This document shows positions 25,996-32,000 of a DNA stretch of 32,000 nt, one piece after another (position 1 is the stretch's first letter; every line of letters starts with the position of its first letter). Below the pieces are notes generated by a model. It saw only the letters and a list, made by a program, of their open reading frames with translations. It was not told the DNA's origin and ran no database searches. Location of the stretch: NCBI RefSeq assembly GCF_000621645.1, contig NZ_JHXR01000020.1, forward strand, positions 1 to 32,000, read 5' to 3'. Source of the stretch: Vibrio cholerae ATCC 14035. Its GTDB lineage: Bacteria > Pseudomonadota > Gammaproteobacteria > Enterobacterales > Vibrionaceae. The position numbers were made by a program, and so were the translations under genes.

Positions 25996-26940
25996 TTAAC
26001 GTTTGTTACGCAGATAACGCTTACGGCGCTCTTCTTTACGTTTGGCTTTCTCTTCGGCTTTCAGCGCTTCATCAATTTCAACTTGTTGTAACTCTTCGGT
26101 GATCATTTCTGGGCGCTCCAAGGTGATTTGTCCAAGTACACCTTGACGCAGCTCATGCAGTAGGATTTCAGAGGCTTTATGCAGATCCACTCGCGCACCT
26201 GCACGTAGCGCACCACGCTTACGACCGATCTCTTCCATCAATTCAACATCGGTTTCTGGAAGTTCATCGATTTGGTAACGCTCTTTCAATCTTTCTGGGT
26301 AGTGCTTAGCCAGATACTCGACGGTGTAAAACGCCACTTCATCGTATTCCATCGCGGTATCTTTCACCGCGCCAGTGGCCGCCAAACGAAAACCGCTATG
26401 AGGGTTTTCCACTTTTGGCCACAAAATTCCCGGAGTATCAGAGAGCACAATCCCATTTTGCAGATTGATGCGCTGTTGACGACGAGTCACTGCGGGTTGG
26501 TTTCCGGTTTGAGCAATTGCGCGGCCCGCTAAGGTATTGATAATGGTTGATTTCCCTACGTTCGGAATGCCCATGATCATGGTGCGAATGTTTTTGCCGA
26601 TCTCTTCACGCTGTGGAGCGAGCTTGCGGCACAGTTCGAGGATCTTGTGTACTTCCTGCGGATTGGATGTGGTGATCGCCATCGCTTTCACCCCTTTCTC
26701 TTGCTCAAGATGGGCAATCCACAGCTCGGTTAACTCAGGATCCGCAAGATCGCGCTTATTCAGTACCTTCACACAAGGTTTTTCACCACGGATATGCGAA
26801 ATCAGCGGGTTTTCGCTACTGAAAGGAATACGCGCATCAAGCACTTCGATAATCACATCGACTTGCGGAATCGCTTCTTCGATTTCCTTGCGTGCTTTGT
26901 GCATGTGCCCCGGAAACCATTGGATTGAGTTGTTAACCAT
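25996..26940 (-). CDS. rbgA: Ribosome biogenesis GTPase A (YlqF/RbgA family, circularly permuted GTPase)
   Basis: The N-terminal WFPGHM motif is present. The G4 motif (LNKRDL) precedes G1 (GIPNVGKST), which is the permuted order. The C-terminal tail is Lys/Arg-rich. Confidence 0.9.
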   Translation of the reverse strand: MVNNSIQWFPGHMHKARKEIEEAIPQVDVIIEVLDARIPFSSENPLISHIRGEKPCVKVLNKRDLADPELTELWIAHLEQEKGVKAMAITTSNPQEVHKILELCRKLAPQREEIGKNIRTMIMGIPNVGKSTIINTLAGRAIAQTGNQPAVTRRQQRINLQNGIVLSDTPGILWPKVENPHSGFRLAATGAVKDTAMEYDEVAFYTVEYLAKHYPERLKERYQIDELPETDVELMEEIGRKRGALRAGARVDLHKASEILLHELRQGVLGQITLERPEMITEELQQVEIDEALKAEEKAKRKEERRKRYLRNKR

Positions 26941-27261
26941 TTGAAAAATTAGCCTTTTAATACAGTCTTAAATGAGTTGAGAGATAAGAATGATGCTTAA
27001 CATGGAGTCAGCAGGAGCCATCTCGCGCTCAACTCCTTGACGCTATGGTCATTGGAATGCGCCAATGCTAACACTTTACGCCGGATGCGGGAATCGTCAT
27101 CAGCCCGAACCATGGATTGCACCAGTGGATGAGGGCGTGGGAACGGGTATTTCTATATATTTTCTTTATACCCGACTGGCGCTTTTATACACCTTCTTTA
27201 AATCGGGCTAGTTAGTATGCTGGAAGTTGTGATTTAGGAAGCACCGCGGTGCTTAAGAACC

Positions 27262-29124
27262 ATGAAACCTGCAAAACAAACGACAGCCAGCTTGGCATTT
27301 CTGGCAATGGGTATCGTCTATGGCGATATTGGAACCAGTCCTCTTTACGCTTTTAAAGAAGTGTTCTTCAGTCACCATCCACTCGCGATTAACCCTGACA
27401 ATGTGTTGGGGATTTTATCTTTGGTGTTTTGGGCATTTGTCCTGATCGTTTCCATTAAATATCTTTTGCTGGTGACACGCGCCGATCAAAATGGTGAAGG
27501 CGGTATTCTGACTTTATCCGCCATTGCTCAACAAAATGCCCCCAAACCTTGGCGGCGGATTGCCATGTTACTTGGGATTTTGGCGACGGGCTTTTTCTTT
27601 GGTGAAGCGGTGATAACGCCCGCCATGTCAGTACTTTCTGCGGTAGAAGGGATTGCGGTGGCGCAACCTGACTTAGCTCCTTATGTACTGCCCATTGCCA
27701 TGATGATTATTGTGGCGCTGTTTGCGGTGCAAGCGATGGGAACTGAGCGTATCGGGCGCTTTTTCGCGCCAGTGATGTTGCTGTGGTTTTTAGTGCTGGC
27801 TTTACTCGGTGCCCATGCAATTTGGCACGCGCCCCAAGTATTACGTGCACTCAACCCAGCGTATGCGGTGCATTTTGTCTTGCTTCATGGACAGCACACC
27901 CTGTTTATTTTGGGCTTAGTCGTGCTTTCGGTGACTGGGGTTGAAGCATTGTACGCCGATATGGGGCACTTTGGGATTAAGCCGATCCGCATTGCGTGGT
28001 TTGCACTGGTGATGCCCAGTTTGCTGCTCAACTATTTTGGGCAAGGGGCGTATCTGCTTACCCTGTCTGCGCCCACAGGTTCTACTTTCTTTAGCCTTGC
28101 GCCTAAAGCTTGGTTGTGGCCTTTGATCTTGCTGGCGACGTTTGCCACTGTTATTGCTTCGCAAGCGGTCATCTCTGGGATCTTTTCGTTAGCGAGACAG
28201 GCCATCAACTATGGCTATTTGCCGCCGATGAAAATTGCGCATACTTCAGAGCATTCACAAGGGCAGATTTATGTGCCCGCGGCGAACATGTTGTTGTTTG
28301 TGGCCGTGATTTTTGTGATGTTGCGTTTTCGCTCATCCGCCAACTTAGCGGCTGCCTACGGTATTGCGGTCACAGCGATCATGATGATCTCTTCGCTACT
28401 GTTGGTTTTGGTTGCGCGTTATCAATGGCAGTGGAGATGGCCGCGAGTCGTCACGATTGGGATCGCGTTTATTGGCATGGATACTTTGTTGTTAGCGTCG
28501 ACCTCAACCAAATTGATGGAGGGTGGTTGGCTGCCTCTGCTTTTAGGATGCGTGGTGTTTATCGTCATGTATATCTGGCAGCAGCAGCGCCAACGCTTGC
28601 TGGAAATTGCCGGTAACGAGCTCTCGGTTTCGGCGATGATTCAGTCATTGGAGGAAGAGTCTTTCCAACGTGCCGCAGGAACCGCCGTTTATCTGTCTCG
28701 CTCGTTGAATCATGTGCCGCGCTCGCTGCTGCACAATATCAAATACAACAAGACCTTACATGAAAGAAATGTATTGATGACCTTTCAATATGAAGCGGTA
28801 CCAAGGGTTCACCCATGTCGCAGAGCTGAGATAGAGCAGGTCTCGGCCAGTTTTTGGCAAGTGGTGATCCATATCGGTTATCAAGAGGAGCCAGATATGG
28901 CGCAAGTGATGCATTGCTGCGGTCTAAAAGGCTTGTATTTGCATCCCAATGAAACGCTCTTTTTGCTCTCTTCAGAGCGATTGAAAGTACAAAAACTGGG
29001 GATGTGGCATGACCTGAAAGTCTGGTTCTTTATTCAGATGAGCAAACATGCGCTGAGAACGTCGGAAAGATTGAATATTCCTCCCGATCGCCTAATTGAG
29101 ATGGGTGTGTACCGAGAGATGTAA
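27262..29124 (+). CDS. kup: Low-affinity K+ uptake protein Kup (KUP/HAK/KT family)
   Basis: The N-terminal signature GIVYGDIGTSPLY and ADQNGEGGILTL are present. There are about 12 TM segments and a soluble C-terminal domain. It is collinear with E. coli Kup. Confidence 0.95.
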   Translation: MKPAKQTTASLAFLAMGIVYGDIGTSPLYAFKEVFFSHHPLAINPDNVLGILSLVFWAFVLIVSIKYLLLVTRADQNGEGGILTLSAIAQQNAPKPWRRIAMLLGILATGFFFGEAVITPAMSVLSAVEGIAVAQPDLAPYVLPIAMMIIVALFAVQAMGTERIGRFFAPVMLLWFLVLALLGAHAIWHAPQVLRALNPAYAVHFVLLHGQHTLFILGLVVLSVTGVEALYADMGHFGIKPIRIAWFALVMPSLLLNYFGQGAYLLTLSAPTGSTFFSLAPKAWLWPLILLATFATVIASQAVISGIFSLARQAINYGYLPPMKIAHTSEHSQGQIYVPAANMLLFVAVIFVMLRFRSSANLAAAYGIAVTAIMMISSLLLVLVARYQWQWRWPRVVTIGIAFIGMDTLLLASTSTKLMEGGWLPLLLGCVVFIVMYIWQQQRQRLLEIAGNELSVSAMIQSLEEESFQRAAGTAVYLSRSLNHVPRSLLHNIKYNKTLHERNVLMTFQYEAVPRVHPCRRAEIEQVSASFWQVVIHIGYQEEPDMAQVMHCCGLKGLYLHPNETLFLLSSERLKVQKLGMWHDLKVWFFIQMSKHALRTSERLNIPPDRLIEMGVYREM

Positions 29125-29134
29125 GGCTCGCACG

Positions 29135-29166
29135 AAAAAACCGTTCAATCTTGAACGGTTTTTTTA
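29135..29166. terminator. Bidirectional intrinsic terminator between kup and the PFOR gene
   Basis: AAAAAACCGTTCAA-TCT-TTGAACGGTTTTTT is a perfect stem flanked by A6 and T7. A second hairpin, CTCCCCTAG-N7-CTAGGGGAG, at 29192-29216 lies 5 nt after the PFOR stop. Confidence 0.85.
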
Positions 29167-29221
29167 GCTCTGAGGTTTAGCCTTTACAAGGCTCCCCTAG
29201 TTTTTCGCTAGGGGAGCGAGG

Positions 29222-32000
29222 CTAATCTTGTTGCGCGACGCCCGCATACAGCGGCCATGCGCCAGATTTCACCACCTCTTTTGTAACTTGCGCACTGTGT
29301 GCCAAATCGTAATGGTGCTCGATGCAGGGCGAATAGGCGACAACCAATGACGGACCAGAATGTTCACCTGCAGCTTGCAGCGCTTTAATGGTCTGATTGA
29401 TGTTGGCACCCAAGGCTATTCTCGCTACAAACGCACCGGGCAGATCTTGGTAAAGTTTAACCAGATCTTTGGCTGGACTTGGATTGGGTAAACTGCACAA
29501 TTTCGCGGTTTGTCCTTGCGGAGTGGACTTGGATTTTTGTCCACCAGTATTGGAGTAACACTGCGTATCCAGAACCAGAATATTGATGTTACGTCCGCTG
29601 CGCATCACATGATCGAGTCCGCCAAAGCCGATGTCATAAGCCCAGCCGTCACCTCCTATCATCCACACCATTTTTTCGCTTAAATAATCGGCCAGCAGTT
29701 GCTCTTCCGAGTGAGCAGGAAGTCGCTGCTTCAGCTCAGCAATCTGCGATCTTAGATCGGGAAGCGGAGATTGCGGGGTATATCCGCCTAGCAAACGCTG
29801 CGCACGCGATTGTAAGGCTTCCAGTGCCATATTCATGCCCAAGCCAAATTCGGCATTATCCTCAAATAGGCTGTTGGCCCAAGCAGGGCCTCGTCCATCA
29901 CTATCCTGACTGTAAGGCGTCGTGGGTAGATTGCCGCCAAAAATTGAGGAGCAGCCTGTCGCGTTCGCAATCATCAATCGATCGCCGAATAACTGAGTCA
30001 AAATACGGATATAAGGCGTTTCTCCGCATCCTGCACAGGCATTCGGGTATTCAAAATAGGGCTCAACGTGCTGCAATGTTTTGACATCAATTCGCTGCTG
30101 CTGATAGGCCGACTGCTTCGGCAAGGCTTGGAAATGAGTGAATCTTTGTTGCTCTGACTGATAACTGAGGTTCTTCTCAAACATATTCAATGCCTTACGC
30201 TCTGGCTCTTGTCGATCTTTTGCTGGGCAAACCTGAGTGCATAACTGGCAGCCAGTACAGTCATCCGGCGACACTTGCAGTACATAATGCGCATCGGGTT
30301 GCTGTCTTGAGCGATAAGGCAGGCTTTTTAACTCACTCAAGGTGGGATGGGTTTCGCTCACAATGCGGGCACGAATCGCCGAATGCGGGCAAATCGCGAC
30401 GCAGTAACCGCATTGAGTGCAAAGATCGGTTTCCCAAACCGGCAGCTGTTCAGCAAGATTGCGCTTTTCTAACTGCGAAGTATTGGTAGGCCATACTCCA
30501 TCGGCCGGATAAGCCGAGACAGGTAGCGCATCGCCTTTCCCCGCCAGCAGTTGTTCAACCAAGCTCGCGCCCCAAATCTTCGGCTGGCTCTGGATGGCCA
30601 TCGTTGTTTCACTTGGGATCGCAAAAGGCATCTCACACACCGACTGGTACGCTTGGTTCAGGCATTGCAGGCTTTGTGTCAGTTGCTGGTCTGAACGGTG
30701 TTTGAGCTGTTCGGTTAGACTCGCTTCCAGTGAGGTCAATAACGCCTGTTCGGTATGCTGGCTTAATAATCGAGCCGCCGCGGCTTGCATCACAATACTG
30801 GTTTTATTGCCGAGTTGATGGCGCTCAATCAAGCCATCGGCATCGATGGTGGACACTTGAACCGATAAAGCCTGAAGGCGACTTTGCAATGCGGGCGGTA
30901 AAGCGGCCCACAGTGCTTGCCCCGTCAGTGCGGTGTTGAGCAACAGATAGCCATTGGCGATCAGCTTGCTGGCAATGTCACGCTCATGGAGAAGTTTCAG
31001 ATTGCTGAGCGAAACCAACCAAGCGTGACGAACCGGATAGGGAGCAGTGATCGGTTGCTGACTGAAACGGATATGTGTCGTGGTGACATTGGCAGATTTT
31101 TTGGAGTCGTATTCAAACTGACCCTGTACATGCCAGTTTTGGCCTAGGGTTTTAATCAGATTTTTTCCCGCACTGACACTCCCATCGCCGCCATAGCCAT
31201 ACATCAGAACACTTTGATAGGGCTTGTCTCTCGTCGCTGAAATCGTTTTCGGTAGAGTAAGTTGGCTTACGTCATCTTCAATACCCACCACAAACTCGTG
31301 CATTTGCTCCTGCTCGGGAGCTTGCATCATGGTGAAAATCGCTTCGACATCTTCTGGGTAAAACGCTTTTCCTGATAACCCATAGCGACCGCGAGAGAGT
31401 CGGATCGAGTTTGCCCTCTGGGAATACAAGGCACTTAAAACGTCAAGATAAAGCGGTTCGCCGTGACTGCCCGGCTCTTTGGTGCGATCCAATACGCTGA
31501 TATGAGTCACCGTGGCTGGAAGCGCATCCCGTAAGGCTTGGCTTGGAAAAGGGCGATATAGTCGGATCTGAATAACGCCAATCCGCTCACCTTGTTGAAC
31601 GCCAGCAAGGACGACTGGTTTGATGGTGTCGACGGAAGATCCCATTGCGACAATCACAGATTGTGCTTGCGGATGACCGATATACTCGACCAACTGGTAG
31701 CGGCGTCCGGTCTGTGTTTCAAAACAGTTCATGATGTTCTGCACCTGTTCAGGCGTACTTTGATGGTATGGTGTTTGAGCCTCGCGACACTGAAAGTAAC
31801 TGTCGGGATCGGCAGTGGCTCCGCGTAGAGTTGGCCGGTCGGGCGTTAAGGCTCGGGCACGAAAATCAACTAACGCTGGCATGGGTAGCAGTGCAGATAA
31901 CGCCTCTTCGGAGAGCGGCTCAATCTGGGTAATGGCGTGTGAGGTGAGGAATCCATCAAAGAAATGCACAAACGGTAAGCGGCATTGTAAAGCACTGAAA
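29222..32000 (-). CDS. nifJ: Pyruvate:ferredoxin/flavodoxin oxidoreductase (NifJ/YdbK type), N-terminus outside the window
   Basis: The reading frame stays open to base 32000 (...ALQCRLPFVHFFDGFLTSH matches the conserved PFOR HFFDGFRTSHE block), so the track 'start' at 31969 is internal. It has two ferredoxin-type 4Fe-4S motifs (CTQCGYCVAICP, CTGCQLCTQVCP) and a TPP-binding region (GGDGWAYDIGFGGLDH). Confidence 0.93.
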   Translation of the reverse strand, partial: FSALQCRLPFVHFFDGFLTSHAITQIEPLSEEALSALLPMPALVDFRARALTPDRPTLRGATADPDSYFQCREAQTPYHQSTPEQVQNIMNCFETQTGRRYQLVEYIGHPQAQSVIVAMGSSVDTIKPVVLAGVQQGERIGVIQIRLYRPFPSQALRDALPATVTHISVLDRTKEPGSHGEPLYLDVLSALYSQRANSIRLSRGRYGLSGKAFYPEDVEAIFTMMQAPEQEQMHEFVVGIEDDVSQLTLPKTISATRDKPYQSVLMYGYGGDGSVSAGKNLIKTLGQNWHVQGQFEYDSKKSANVTTTHIRFSQQPITAPYPVRHAWLVSLSNLKLLHERDIASKLIANGYLLLNTALTGQALWAALPPALQSRLQALSVQVSTIDADGLIERHQLGNKTSIVMQAAAARLLSQHTEQALLTSLEASLTEQLKHRSDQQLTQSLQCLNQAYQSVCEMPFAIPSETTMAIQSQPKIWGASLVEQLLAGKGDALPVSAYPADGVWPTNTSQLEKRNLAEQLPVWETDLCTQCGYCVAICPHSAIRARIVSETHPTLSELKSLPYRSRQQPDAHYVLQVSPDDCTGCQLCTQVCPAKDRQEPERKALNMFEKNLSYQSEQQRFTHFQALPKQSAYQQQRIDVKTLQHVEPYFEYPNACAGCGETPYIRILTQLFGDRLMIANATGCSSIFGGNLPTTPYSQDSDGRGPAWANSLFEDNAEFGLGMNMALEALQSRAQRLLGGYTPQSPLPDLRSQIAELKQRLPAHSEEQLLADYLSEKMVWMIGGDGWAYDIGFGGLDHVMRSGRNINILVLDTQCYSNTGGQKSKSTPQGQTAKLCSLPNPSPAKDLVKLYQDLPGAFVARIALGANINQTIKALQAAGEHSGPSLVVAYSPCIEHHYDLAHSAQVTKEVVKSGAWPLYAGVAQQD

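Overview
The window reads as a Vibrio chromosomal segment. Gene order and several proteins match what I remember of Vibrio cholerae chromosome II just beyond the superintegron, roughly VCA0508 to VCA0530. These proteins include CqsS, whose H194/D618 numbering is reproduced if translation starts at 18407, plus CqsA, ClcA and FruR. The locus tags are from memory and unverified.

Content from left to right:
- the right end of an IS3-family insertion sequence, cut by the window edge
- an orphan gene for a ~957-aa exported protein with a divergent alkaline-phosphatase/NPP-type core
- nrdDG (anaerobic ribonucleotide reductase) with an FNR box and tandem NrdR boxes
- an AspC/TyrB-type aminotransferase
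- a lipoprotein with a retropepsin-like (DTG) domain
- the fructose PTS operon fruBKA, divergent from fruR/cra, with three Cra operators between them
- sbcDC
- the CAI-1 quorum-sensing receptor/synthase pair cqsS and cqsA, arranged convergently
- a frameshifted TehA/TDT-family transporter gene
- clcA
- a 466-bp intergenic region containing an orphan terminator
- a COG0523 metallochaperone-type GTPase
- rbgA/ylqF
- kup
- the 3' ~2.8 kb of a pyruvate:ferredoxin/flavodoxin oxidoreductase gene, which runs off the window

By eye I found no rRNA, tRNA, CRISPR array, attC/VCR repeat, prophage or defence-island signature.

The only true multi-component system is the CqsA/CqsS quorum-sensing pair, which is already well described. 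I cannot honestly point to a convincing new multi-gene system. The least explained parts are:
- the large AP-superfamily exported protein next to the IS
- the exported retropepsin-like lipoprotein
- the unexplained terminator and small ORFs between clcA and the COG0523 gene
- several RNA-level features around cqsA/cqsS: an inverted repeat overlapping the Shine-Dalgarno (SD) sequence, criss-crossed terminators, and a degenerate receiver-like module inside CqsS

All calls rest on motif recognition and manual inspection. No searches or folding computations were run.
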